Shown here one piece after another: positions 50,254-63,173 of a stretch of DNA of 64,000 bases. The notes beneath the pieces are model-generated. The model saw only the letters and a list, made by a program, of their open reading frames with translations. It was not told the DNA's origin and made no database searches. The stretch covers positions 19,220,001-19,284,000 of the forward strand of contig CP075492.1 of assembly GCA_021613535.1 (NCBI GenBank), in the 5' to 3' direction. This DNA comes from Adineta vaga. Taxonomy: Eukaryota > Animalia > Rotifera. A program made the translations under genes and the position numbers. Numbering within the stretch: the first letter of the stretch is position 1; each line of letters starts with the position of its first letter.

Positions 50254-50345
50254 GTTGTCAGAACCTATACTGCCTTAAATTTCTTCTGGCTCTTATAGAT
50301 AAGAAAAGTTAGCATCATATTCGAGTATTTCTTGTCCGAAGTCGC

Positions 50346-50408
50346 CTGAGGGTGGGTGTGGGTGTCAGTACTCCTGTCTTCTGACACCCACACACACCCA
50401 CCCTCAAG
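50346..50408. repeat. Telomere-like palindrome (near-perfect hairpin)
   Basis: TGAGGGTGGGTGTGGGTGTCAG...CTGACACCCACACACACCCACCCTCAAG. Confidence 0.9.
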
Positions 50409-50602
50409 AAAAAGTGGATGTATGAGAATTTTCGAATGCTTTAATTTGTGGATAATTTGATTTCATATAGGTAAAGTCAAGTGCATCTATAAACAAGTTG
50501 CTTCGCCGAACAGCAAACATTGATAATAATAAGAACGAACTTTATTTATCGATATAGATATCTGATTCGCACAGAATTATTAAAGATCACTTACTATTCG
50601 AT

Positions 50603-51120
50603 ATGGCTACAGACGGTGAAAAAGAAGGCGCACAGTACATTCACCGCATCTCTGATATTGAAATAACAGGCAAGCGGTGCATGTCCCCCCTCCCATTCGT
50701 GGTTATGATAAAATGTCTCTGGTGCCACTCGAAGAGGCTGTAGAACCACTTGTGTCTTTACTACCTGAAATCAAAGATTATGTCTATGTGGCTCGACAGC
50801 GATTCGTAAGCGAACCCGCTGATGCTTTGACACAAGATGAATCGACGTCTATCATTTTATAATCAATGCAATGGGAGCCTCATGACCAATGTCTTTATTT
50901 TGTTTTCAATGAAACTCTTCGCGATGAAGATCGAAACAAATTGAAGCCGTGGTTTCTCCACTTTTGGCTCTTTCACGCTGCACACGCACACATGCCGTCT
51001 CATCATGGAACTGTTTATCGAGGTATTAAATCAGACGTAACATCAGTCTATCGAACAGGCGACATTTCAATGTGGCGGAGCTTCTCCTCATGCACTGCCT
51101 TAGTCGATGTACTGGAATCA
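50603..51120 (+). pseudogene. ADP-ribosyltransferase pseudogene truncated at a palindrome
   Basis: PLEEAVEPL, LTQDES.SIIL*, LKPWF, TVYRG and FSSCT motifs; the sequence ends at VLES before the ExE motif and runs straight into GGGTGTG. Confidence 0.8.
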
Positions 51121-51362
51121 GGGTGTGATGTGGGTGGGTGAGTGTGAAGTTAAGAGTATAGCCTGACCCACACCCTTCCAACTCTGTTTACATTCGCACT
51201 ATGTATTCTATCATAAACTATGTATAAACAAGCATTTGAAAAAGTCATTCGTGAATATAAAAATATCATGAGAAGATATTCATCACGGTTATTCTTGAGG
51301 GTGCGGAAGAGGGTGAGAGTGATAGTAGTATGTACACCCACACCTACCCACATCCTCAAGAT
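51120..51362. repeat. Two telomere-like palindromes (51120-51176 and 51291-51362)
   Basis: AGGGTGTGATGTGGGTGGG...ACCCACACCCT; TTCTTGAGGGTGCGG...CACCCACACCTACCCACATCCTCAAGAT. Confidence 0.85.
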
Positions 51363-51462
51363 TAGATATATTATTTCAATATCAATGAAGAAAAGATAGA
51401 AAAATACTTTTCACATCCAAATTCACACTACATCCTAGTAATATTTTTGTTCGTTCTAAAAA

Positions 51463-51699
51463 CTACATTCCACTTCCATATGGACCATAACTATTCATAG
51501 ATCCCATACCACCCATAGGAAAACCACCCATCATACCTCCCATAGCACTATTAATAAATTGTTGATAAGCCATACCAAATTCTGGTGTCCAATGAACAAT
51601 AACTGTTATTGTAGGTTCATAATCGGAATTCATACCAAATGCACCATCATTCCCAAGTCTTCGATATGTTATAGATTCCTCGATCGTCGATTCAAACAT
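51463..51699 (-). CDS. Small ORF or last exon with a Gly/Met-rich tail, unknown function
   Basis: 78-aa frame ending GGMMGGFPMGGMGSMNSYGPYGSGM; may be a gene remnant. Confidence 0.4.
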   Translation of the reverse strand: MFESTIEESITYRRLGNDGAFGMNSDYEPTITVIVHWTPEFGMAYQQFINSAMGGMMGGFPMGGMGSMNSYGPYGSGM

Positions 51700-52151
51700 T
51701 CTTTTTTTATGTGAAATATACAAGTAAATGTATATACTATGTTTTTATTTTGATATATAACTATAGTTTATTAACTGTGCAATAAGAAATATACGATGTA
51801 ATATTCTGTTCTATAAATTAATTATAATTGAAAAACATAGAAATACAGGTGGAATGTTATCTTTTGTTCGAGTTCAAATAATATATTATGAGACAAAAAT
51901 TTAAATGAGAAAAGAAAAAGAATGGCGTCATTTCATTTAATTATGATGATATCAAAAATGTAAAACTTATTTTGTATAATTATATAGCGTAGAATCAATC
52001 AACAAAATCAAAAGAAAACAAAAAAAAAGTCAAATTTGTATCCATATGAATAGATCAAACGATTTGTTGTACTTTTTCTGTTACTCTTTACTCATCATGA
52101 AATGAATAATACTTGGCTAAAATATAATTAAAAGTATCGTCATTATGCCCC

Positions 52152-52204
52152 GAAGGGTGTGAGTGTCGGCGAGGATACAACATGTTTATCACACCTACAC
52201 CCTC
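52152..52204. repeat. Telomere-like palindrome
   Basis: GAAGGGTGTGAGTGT...CACACCTACACCCTC. Confidence 0.7.
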
Positions 52205-52264
52205 GTTCTTCTGTTTTTCTATCGAAGACATATTTTTAAACTCGCTCTCACACTAATCCTAAAT

Positions 52265-54978
52265 TTATTGAAGCAAATTGAAATAACGCATCCCCCAATA
52301 ACCTAAAAGAAAGTTAGTTGGATCAGTTTCAATAAATCCATCTCCACCATCTAAATCGTAGACTCCTCGATTCAAGTCTTTATTAAATCGTTCATCCGGA
52401 GGTAATGTTTGTAACGACTTGAGCGGTTGATAGCATTGCGCGGGCACGTTGATTTGTACATCTAGACGATCACTATTGAATTGTGGCCATTGAATCAATT
52501 CCAATGGCCAACGTTGTAAATGCCATACACCGTCATTCGATAATGTAGTACAATTGTGCTGGAAAGCTCTATTATTCAATCCATGAAAATTGTTATTATG
52601 TGAATTTCGGGTTTGATTGATTTGATTACTGGCATAGCAATAGATGAAATTAAAAAATGGAGTTTTTTCCATTTTTTTATAATTGTGTGAAAGATCTAAT
52701 CCTATTCCCATGTATTCCCATAGATTGTCAATGAGTGATTGTGCGCGTGTCTTTTGATCCGTAGATAGACTAGCTGAAGAAGTAATTGTGTGGAATGCAT
52801 AGACTAGATTAAAATAAGACAAATAGGCCAGTTCATCATAATTGAAAGTCGGTAAAGCATATTCAAATTCACTAGCACAAACAGCAATCATCTTCTGATT
52901 AATAAGATTGACGTCGTATTTGTAGGATTTCATAAGAAGATTGGCACCATCAAGAAAACGTTCATCGCCACTAAAACCATATGTTTGAAGTAGGTAAGCG
53001 AGTATCTCAAGACTGCTTATACCTCGATCTTCTTGGTAGCGACTGTCATCGTTTATTTGGATAGGATTCCAATAGCCCCATGTAGTACGATTGTGATTTT
53101 CACCAAACAAATACCAGTCATGAGTCAAGATATGATTGGTGATATTGAAAACAAGTGTGTAAGCTCTTTTTCGTTCGTCATCGTTGCTAGCCAATAAGTC
53201 ATGTACGAGAGGATAAACGAACTCATGCCCACAGATTTCATCAGACGAAGTATCACCTTCAAACTGAAGATCTGCATACACAGGAGAAGGATACCAAGGA
53301 ATATTCGTCAGAAAGTCGCTGCGCTTTGCGAATGAACGAGCAGGATAACCAGGAATACCTACAGAAAATGTAAAAAAAGCATACATTAATCAAAATTGTC
53401 CGTAAATATTCTTCTAGTCAATATGTTACCACCTGTGACTTTATTGAGAAGTTCCATTGCTTCAAAGTGTTTCCAAGCTTGCGCTTTAACTGTTGTGTTT
53501 TGCGTTACAGCATACCGAAAGATCTGACTACCCAGATACATTGATGTCCAAAGACCATCATTATCATCTGGTTCTTTCATACAAGTACGACTATCGCCCC
53601 ATGATGACATAGAGCAGTCAGAAATAAATCCATTTTTTTCATGTCTTCCTGGCTGATCGACGATCATTTGAAAATGATCCGCTTTCTGTGACAATGTCCA
53701 CATCTCGAAACGAAGAATAGCGAGACCTTTCTCTGTGACTGCTACTGCAGCACTACCTAGATCAGGAGGAGCATCACTCGCACGACTCAAAACAGCCAGC
53801 GAAGATACATAAACTAACGATTCACGATTCGGCATATATCTGGCACTATTAAAAACACGCCAAGCATTGATGTCACTACTGTTCGAATCGAATCGCATTA
53901 CTCCACGTAACGCACCTAGCCATACACGACCGTCAGGTACCATCGATTGGCTGACGCTCAGAACAGTAATATTTGAAAATGGAAGATGACCGATATCTGA
54001 TCCAGGATTAGAGATTTGTCCTGCCAATCGAGAAAAAAACCAATGAAGCTGACCTGTTGACATCATAATCGGTGAAAGAAGAGTTATTCCGGTACTTTGT
54101 CCAATCCATAATTTGTCTTGCACATTGTTATATACTAGAGAAGTAATCGGAGCATCAATGAGACCCGTGATATGTTCAAAACGCCAATCTTTATTACCAA
54201 CACCGTAAGATTGAATCCAAAGTTTCATTTCAGTACCAGCAAATATTGTCTGTCGGTTGGAACTCCATGCCAAAGAGGAAACAGACACATTGATCGCATT
54301 GAGAAATGGACTGATCATAAATGTCGATAAATCTAGCCCGTGTAGTCCAGAATCTGCAGCAATATACAACCATCCTCTAGCACCTAAATCTTCCACAAAT
54401 AAACCGCCTGCTATTTTCGTGGTATTGAAAAGGGAAGAAGGAAAAAGTATGGTTCGTGCGACTTTACACGAACTAGCATCTGATCGGTTACATAAAATTA
54501 ATTGCACACTATGAGGCGAAATGAGAGCAGCTGTGTACTCTAAAGCAGTATTTGTATTATGTGATGCGACTAAAAAACTGGCATTGCTCGTTACGTGGAT
54601 ATCAGATAAAACTATCATAGTACCATTAGCGGACAAGGACATCCAATGTATTTGTAGTGTCGAAGTTCTTAAATCCGCATCTTGCCCTTTATTAACAGAT
54701 TGAGTTAGTAACCAAACGCCTTCGGCAGCTTGAGAGTGATAGCGCGGTAATGGAGCACTTTGCCATGAATTTTGAATATTGCTGAGAACACGCCAAGCAG
54801 TCGATTCATTTGCAAACGGGGCAAACAGATAACGTTCAGCAATAACTTGCTCAAACTTATTATCTGGAATAGGTATTGGCATGGTCGTAAGACTATCAAT
54901 GAAAGATGTGTGTCTTCCTGAAAATAGATCATTGATTGTTACCAAGTAGACAAGAGACCAAATGAATGTTAGCCACAT
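52265..54978 (-). CDS. ~880-aa secreted protein: beta-propeller-like N-terminal half plus helical-barrel-like C-terminal half; bacterial-like; 2 exons
   Basis: Signal peptide and repeated LWIG/VWLG propeller motifs, then DDNDGLWTSMY, VTG|IPGYPARS, GDTSSDEICGH and FLLGYWGMRY; one intron at about 53359-53432; visibly higher GC than the flanks. Confidence 0.75.
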
Positions 54979-57372
54979 CGTACCGATTTATAATCAGAAA
55001 TGTGCGAAAAAAAGAACAAGAGAACAACTTATATGTGAGCTAGTGTAATCATCACTCTCAAAATGCACGGTGAAATGATATTAAGATAACAATATCTTAT
55101 GCATACAATTTAAGTTAAACACGTGCAGAATGCTTTTTTCTTAAGTCAATGATTGTTCTCCTGATGATTTTTGGTAATTTTTGTGAAACTTTTTCAAATA
55201 TAGATCATTAGGTACTAAATGCACGTTAAAAGCAATTTTAAAAAGTCTGCTAATGTTACAGAGAAACAAGTTAAGTTATTTATTCCTGAACAAGATGAAT
55301 GTGTAAGGTTAATCGTTGCGACAACAAAAAATACATCCAAATTAATAGTTCGTCGTCCAATTACCATCAAAATTTAGGACAACTTATGATTTTTTATTAG
55401 TATTAGAAAAAGGATATAAAATCGCATCAAAAATATATTTTGCAAAGGCAATACGTGAAAACAAAACTGATCTCGATAAATCATATAAAAATTACGAATT
55501 ATGGTCTCAAAACATCGTATGCGTTCAGCAATAACTCCTCGAATTAAACTGATATTATCGACCATTATGTTTAAAGCAGAATACGAAGCGTGGATTAAAC
55601 TGTTATAAGCATTTTCTTGTTTGTGTTCTGAAAGTGATAATATGATTATTTAAAAACAGATACCCGACATCTACACCCGGAACGAATCGAAAGCTTTAGT
55701 TATTTATTCTATTCTATTTTATTTTGTTCAAAGTTTTAATTTATATTATTATATTTATGTTATGATCCAAGTCCATATAAATGGAATAAAAAAATGGTCT
55801 TTACAAAAAGCTGTAGATTATCCAAGCCATCTATTTATTAATAAATCATGTAGAATTAGCAATTGGTCTACAGAACTAATGTCGAAAAATTCATCATTAT
55901 CAAATTACTACCGTCAAAGGATGATAAATTACACTATTTACGAGGCTGTGGGGTGCTTTATAACTTCGATTAATTAACAACACCAGTTGAAAAGAGTACG
56001 TTTCATAACGAATTAGAAGCAATCAATCCACAGTCAAAGATTTCGTGTGTTAATCGATTGTAAAATACTACAGGATTAAATACTATGACGTTGAAACTGA
56101 CAAGCTGCCAACCATTCTCTACAATCGATGAACAACAGTGATTCCCATTTAGTATAGAGTCGATTCTTCCTTTATGCTTAAATTTTTATTTTATTTGTAT
56201 AATGGTACTCATACGGTGTTCCCTGTTACTGCTGAGGATTTTTATCAAGCGCATGTATCCCAATTACGAATATGTCATGTGCACCTTACTAACTATTAAA
56301 TCATTTATGTTACGTTAGATGGATGATTCTTCGTTTTTCTCTTTGTTTTCTTTTGTTTTTCGTTAATAAAGACGGACAATAGCAATACTTTTTCTTATAC
56401 ATCGAATCAAAATACAACTAGCTTGTGATCGCGAGTTTTCTCGAGTCAGATCGATTTAGATTCTCACTATTCATGTAGTCAGCCAACGATTATATTGAGA
56501 AGTTCGTCTACATTTGTCGTCTCGACGTCCTTTATGGATGCTCAGTGATATTCTGATTTGAAGAATTTATCAAGAAAATTTGTGTTGAAAGTAATAAGCA
56601 TAATTTATAAATCGATTGATCCTTAATTGACGAGTTCAATAGTTAATTAATTAATTAAATTCGATAAAACGATTTACTGTAATTTGTACTGTATTTTGGT
56701 CAAATAAATCTGATGAATATATTTTAATAAACATTTAAAATTATTATTCAATTATATTTATTTAATAAAGTAATTGATTTTAATTTTGTAGAATCTAAAT
56801 TTAAATAATTGAAAATATTTTGCAGTAGATAATATGAGTATTGAAATATTTTTAAAAACTTTGTAAAAATTGTTGTAAATTATAGAGCAGAAAAAAGAAA
56901 TGTTAAAAATTTGGAGGATGACTCTCAGACCTTACTCGCTCGGTCACCTCCGAACGCTACATCATTAATTTCAAAAGCATATGGCGTAACACCAATAAAT
57001 TTCAAAAGCAGGGAGGCGTCACGCCCCACTCAGTGCGTCCCTGTTCAAGTATTTAAGAAAAACCAACTCTCACAACACTAACACTCAAAATCTCTCTTAT
57101 AATTCAGATAAAAACTCCAACTTGTCAGTGGTACTGTTCATATCAATTTTATTTATAAAAAATACAACTATTTGACTAATCATAGTTCTTTTACTGCTCA
57201 AGTTAGTTGAGATAAATATAGTGAAATTGCAGGTTTAGAATAGGTTTATTATATCTAATAGGAAGACATTTTTTGTCAACATTCAACTATATTTGAAAAA
57301 AACTCTAAATCAACTTCAATAAAAAATCCATTTGTAAGTTTAAATTTCAACGAATACGTTTTGATGATAGAT

Positions 57373-58000
57373 TAAATATTTCTTTTGCTAATTTTGTTCC
57401 TTCACATCTTGCACGATTATTTTCATAACATTTTTCTCTATCGTAATCAATTCATTATCACTATATGGAGCAAAACCACAATCATCTGTTGTACCTAATT
57501 GTTCAAAAGGAATATATTTTGTTGCTTGAAGAACTCGATATCGTACTTTTATTGGTATTTCAACACATCAATTTCTTGGATTAATAACACCAATAAATAC
57601 ATGATGATGAGGTTTAAGAAGTTGTTCAATGAGAGAAAGAATTATTTCTGAATCTTTTTCAGTTGTCATTTCTAAATAAAAATTATCTAAATTTAATTGA
57701 AATACTTCTGTTAATAACTCTTCCATAATTAACATCTGATGAATGATGTACTTCCTCTATCATTATCTAAAATAAAATAATTATTTTCTAAACCTGAACA
57801 AATATGCACACCGAATTACTTTTTCTCATCATCATTACATCGATCTAACATTCGATTATTAATTTCAATAAATTCTTCAAGTAAATTTCCAGTTGGATTC
57901 ATTTTTAATGATAATCGAGCTTTAGCAAAATCAAGTTGAACTGTATCTGCACCTTCATCTAAATATTGTCGAATGTCTTTTTCTGCTTCAATTCATTAAA
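57373..58000 (-). pseudogene. Bacterial-type cobalamin-independent methionine synthase (MetE core-like) pseudogene with one intron
   Basis: Hand translation: EAEKDIRQYLDEGADTVQLDF..RLSLKMNPTG..., GVHICS|, VFIGVINP, IPFEQLGTTDDCGFAPY; internal stops and frameshifts. Confidence 0.75.
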
Positions 58001-58254
58001 TCATCAAGAAGAACAGTAAAAAGAAAGATTTATTTCCGTTGTCATTCATGTAGATTCTTTTATTCTATTTCTTTGAAATATAATCTATCTCTATGATTAT
58101 TCATCATATAACAAAGGGAATATTTTATTATTTAACATTATCGATCTAGTTTTTTTTCTTATGCTATAATCGAAGGATATTTTATTTTGTTTCTAAGCAT
58201 TAAATAATCAAGTTCAATATTATATGCTCTTTCTAATGATCCTTATTCGATATT

Positions 58255-58310
58255 TTGAGGATGAGGGTAAGGAGAGTGTGGATGATAAGCATTACTTGAC
58301 TCTACTCATG
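58255..58310. repeat. Degenerate telomere-like palindrome
   Basis: TTGAGGATGAGGGTAAGGAGAGTGTGG...ACTCTACTCA. Confidence 0.5.
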
Positions 58311-58866
58311 ATACATTAAATATTGTTTTCTTTTATCATTACGACTAAACACGATCATTATTAGTTGATAAAAATCTACTGAAAATTATCAATAGAAAAA
58401 AATGAAGAATTTGGATGATATTATTACTAAATATTGTTTAACTTTTGTTCATTTCTATAATAATGAACGATAGAGAAAAGAAAGAGACATTTTTTTTGGT
58501 TGTATTCAAAAGTACCTTCTCGTGATCTAGACAGGGACGAGTGTAACTCATCATGCTAAATCCGAATATACAATTTGTTACTCTATTCTTTACATACGAT
58601 TGAAAAAGGTGAAAGTAAGGTTCATGACAAGGGTCTGAAATTGAGAATAAATCTCAGCAGAAGAGCAAATGTGATCAAATTGGAAAAAAATACACTCTGG
58701 TAGTTCTTCCTTATACAGAAACATAGTCGATATTGTCATTTCCGATGGGGCACGACGGGATATCTAGCAACTGCAAACGAAGAAATGTTAAGTATATTGC
58801 TATTTATATCTTCTAGAGTTTTCAATGTAAAAATTTCTTAATGACCGCCGGGCATCCCTGCTAGTA

Positions 58867-59679
58867 TTATTTACGGATAAATTTATTTAAAACATTCGTT
58901 GTTACTGACCACAATGTAAATATTTTCCCATCAATATCTCGTTTTAATTGAATAGTAGGATGTTGAACATGTTTTATCTGTGCTAATGCTTCTCCATGTG
59001 CTTCTTTAGTTAAATAATTTGGCCATTCAGGTAATTGATTGAGAATTTCAGGTAAAGAAAACCAATGAAGAGAATGAACCTCTTCATTTTGAGAATATTT
59101 TCTCATTAAAAGTTTTGCCTGTTCTGAAGTTACAAGAAATGGATAGATACTAATGGCGTCAACAAATAAGAATCGTTTTAGACGTAACTGATAATTTTCA
59201 AGAATTTCTTGTCTATCTGTAATAGTTTGTAATGCTCTCAATGCTACTTCAGTGTGATCTTCGCCCTTCTTACATGGATTTGAAGATGGAAATGCTAATA
59301 AGGACTGTCGAGTCGATTCTTTTTCATATTTGTGTCGTTTTTCTTTGAGAAACTTCGTTACAAATAATACACATGTTGTTTTATTCTCAATCTTATAAAT
59401 CAATAGAAGAACCATTGTGCATCCAGTTGGATTCGTTGATAAATCTTTATAATTTATTTTATCACGAAGAAATCGACGATATTCTGCATTTGAACTATAA
59501 TATATTCCTAATTTACCGCTCCGTTCTCTTCGTTGATATTCACAATCATCTAATTCATGTTGACCTTGACAACTTTCTAACCAATAACATGCATAACGTG
59601 GATTAACCCATTTAACAGTTGTGCTTTCACTGATACCACTGTCCGCATAACTGCACTTTCGAATGTTATTTGACACCAT
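58867..59679 (-). CDS. Unknown protein with a Cys/His knuckle and a possible degenerate Nudix-like fold
   Basis: CYWLESCQGQHELDDC; LAFPSSNPCKKGEDHTEVALRAL resembles a decayed Nudix box; EEVHSLHWFSL. Confidence 0.55.
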   Translation of the reverse strand: MVSNNIRKCSYADSGISESTTVKWVNPRYACYWLESCQGQHELDDCEYQRRERSGKLGIYYSSNAEYRRFLRDKINYKDLSTNPTGCTMVLLLIYKIENKTTCVLFVTKFLKEKRHKYEKESTRQSLLAFPSSNPCKKGEDHTEVALRALQTITDRQEILENYQLRLKRFLFVDAISIYPFLVTSEQAKLLMRKYSQNEEVHSLHWFSLPEILNQLPEWPNYLTKEAHGEALAQIKHVQHPTIQLKRDIDGKIFTLWSVTTNVLNKFIRK

Positions 59680-60326
59680 TAAGAAAAAAAAACATTTTTC
59701 TTTCTTTATATACGGCGATGATGCCGTTGAAAGTTGTTTTTGCTGTTCTCTACATCGTAAACATTTTTTTTATCGAGAATAGTGTTTGAAGAAGAAAAAT
59801 TTTATGTTTCTTTTTGCGCATGGTGATATGTTAGAGGAAAAAACCTATGAGCATCAATTTCTTCTATCGAATATGTCTGTGAAAGTCAATATATTTTCTG
59901 ATCAATTCAATCGACGTATGATTCATTTGTATTGTTCCCTGATGAGTCAACATCGTATAATCGTGAAACTTTTCTCAAAGAATTTTCTTAGTAAAACAAC
60001 ATCTATGTAAAATACGTACTCGTCCCTCTTTCTCTTTTTTGAAACAATTCTATTGTTTTTTATCGATCTTTATGATGAATAATATCCTTATCCATAAAGT
60101 GGAGAAACAGTACGAAAATTTAATTGAATGTTTTCTCGTTTTCGAAGTAAGAGACTCATTTTACGACAATGAACCGATCATATTCCTCCTGAGTTTTGAT
60201 ATTTTGTTTGTCATGGATATTCGAAAAATTTTCCAAAACAATTCATTTAAACTGACATCATATCGAATCATTGTTTGCAAATGCATTGTGTAATTCATGA
60301 CAACAAGAAGAAAAAAGGCGAAATGC

Positions 60327-60379
60327 GGTGCAGATGTGAGTGAGGCTTTACTTCTAATCCACACCCATACACCCACTCT
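60327..60379. repeat. Degenerate telomere-like palindrome
   Basis: GGTGCAGATGTGAGTGAG...CCACACCCATACACCCACTCT. Confidence 0.65.
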
Positions 60380-60731
60380 AACGAAATAATCTCATATAAT
60401 TAGACTTTCTATTATAAGATTAATGTGAAATAATACTAATCGATATGATACATATGCATCTTCGTCGAATTAAATGATTAGAAAACTATTTTGAGATATT
60501 GGTCATCATTACACTAGACTCGATTGTATAAGAACACATTATGATGTTTTTTAAAATTAAAAATCAAAATATTCTCATAAAATATTCAGAATTACTTTTT
60601 ATTAACTTTTCTTATCGATTGGTATTCAATCAACATAATCATTCAGACACCAATAACATCGATTTAAGTAGAAAAATAGACAATTCGATTTTTATTACTT
60701 ATCAGTTATGATATTTCTATATTATCAATAA

Positions 60732-62287
60732 TTAATAGATTTCTATAGTGTCATATTCTGAAGTTGTTCCACCAATAAGTAACACGCTTCCATTCATTAA
60801 TATCGATGCTGTATGATCGGAACGTGGTAATTTTATCTTGCAAGCAATTGACCAAATACCAGTTAATGGATCATATATTTCAGTACTATCTAATGTAGTT
60901 CCATTCCATCCGCCAGTAATCAAGACTGTTCCATTTAAAAATAGAGATGCAGTATGATCGCTTCTTGGAATATTCATCTTACCAGTGAATGTCCATTCAT
61001 TTGTTAATGGATCATACAATTCAGCACTGTTTAAATAAGAGTAATAATTACGTCCACCAGTAACTAAAACTCTTCCATTCATTAATACAGTTGTTGTATG
61101 ATACTTTCGTGCATTCTTCATGGCACCTGTTATTGACCATTTATTTGTTATTGGATTATATAATTCACTACTGTTGGAAGCCCGATCTGTGCATTCAAGA
61201 CAACTTCCACCAGTCACTAACACCTTTCCATCTGATAATAGAGATGTTGAATGACCTGAACGTCCAAGCAGCATCTCCTCTACCAAACTCCAAGTGCTTG
61301 TTATTAGATCATATAACTCAGCAGTTCTTAGCGATAAATCATACTTATTTGTTCCACCAATCACTAATACTTTTCCATCATGCAATAGAGTAGCTGTGTG
61401 TTCAGCTCGTGGATATTTCATATTTCCTGTAGTTATCCAGCTGTTCGTAAATGTACTGTATAATTCAGTACTAGCGTGGTATACACCCAAAGAATTGCGT
61501 CCACCAATAATTAAAACTAATCCATTCTTTAACATAGATGCAGTATGATATTCTCTTTCAACAGACATGTTAGCAACAATTGTCCATTGATCTGTTAATG
61601 GAGCGTATAATTCACACTGAGACAAAGGTGAAAATAGACTTTGTCCACCTGTGACTAATACTTGACCATTTGGGAGCAATGTTGCCGTATGACCGCTTCG
61701 TGGTATATGCATTTCTCTCGTCTGTATTGTTCCTGAGTAAATATAGATACATGTAAATACAAACTATGAATCTTTGAACTATGACAATTTGTTTAAATAT
61801 ATACTATACGTAAAAATTGATTATCACTAAGGATATACTTGGTCCTATATTTGTCATAGAAGACAGATAGACATCGACTGGTTGATACGTATATTAAAAC
61901 TCCGAGAGATACAGATTACTCCCCATTTCCTTACTCATATAACTATGAAAAGATAAACCATAATCATATGTTTCCATATTTATTTATTCCACAGAACTTT
62001 ACTTTTTGTCGTTGTAGTCGCAGTTGTCGTTATTGTTGTTGTTGTACTCGTAGTTATTCTTGTTGGTGTTATAAGTATATCTGATTGTTTTTTTGCTACA
62101 ATAACCGTTAGAATAACACTTATAACTAAGATTGTTACAGAAATAATTGTAATTAACAAAATCTTTATCAGTTTTCTTCGAACATATTCACATCTACAAA
62201 GAAAAAGAAAAGATAAACTAAGAAATTATATCAATTCATACAATATTCTTAAGTGAGAAGTCGATGGTTCTAATGGATTTGATTCAT
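60732..62287 (-). CDS. Membrane-anchored kelch-repeat protein (TM, Thr-rich stalk, ~7 kelch repeats); upstream exon structure uncertain
   Basis: Kelch ORF 60732-61712; upstream exon KILLITIISVTILVISVILTVIV...TTSTTTTITTT followed by a GTAAAG donor. Confidence 0.75.
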
Positions 62288-63173
62288 TTGATTGAAACTA
62301 AAATGATGAAAAAACACTCAAAGTTAGTTGTTGTCTTCATGAAAAATTTACTTGAACAACTTGTATTCTATTCATTATAACTAAAACACATTTAGAATAT
62401 TTCTAAAAAACAAGTTCTTTTTTTTTCTGCAGGATCCAAAGACATATGTTGATATTAATATGATAACATTTATTGTTGTTCTTTTTTCTATGAAGTATAA
62501 TGAAGAAAAAAAAGAACAGATGTTAGTTAGTTTTTTTTTATTGTAAGTGCTCATGGACATGGACATGAAGTAGATAATTGGACAAAGGTCATATTCAGTG
62601 ACGAGAAACAATTTAATATCGATCAATCATGAACTATTCATTGGATCCGTATCGACAGTCATCGTCCCAAATCGTTTATTCGTCAAGTTCGATTTTATGT
62701 AAACGTATTTGGAGCTGTATGGACCAATGGCAGTGGTACTTTCATAACTCCGTATATCGACAACTATTTATTTTATTTACATAATTATTTTTCATTCATG
62801 ATCGTCCAACTTGGACTCATACTAATATGATACACGACTGACTTCTCAATAATCAGTGTAAGGCTAAATTATCTCATGACGGTTGGGATATTAATGACTA
62901 GCGATTGTATGTTTTCGAATGTATTTTTATTGATAAAGCATTTTTTTGAACGCTTCTATTTGATCAACCAGATTGTTTTTAGATTTGCACCACAAATTGT
63001 GAACGAGAAATATTATCGATAACAATACAATTGTTGAACAGAATTGCAGCGTATGGCAGACTACATAATATATGAAGTTGACCAAAGATATCTCTCTGTA
63101 TGGTCATGTATTAAAGCTAACCAACTACCATCTTCAAATCGAAATGGAATTTGAAATAACAAAAAATCTAAGG

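Noticed and set aside
52265-54978. Bacterial contamination or chimeric contig as the source of the foreign-like genes
   Set aside because: Several of these genes carry spliceosomal introns and are interleaved with metazoan genes and the same palindrome family; long-read confirmation is still advisable.
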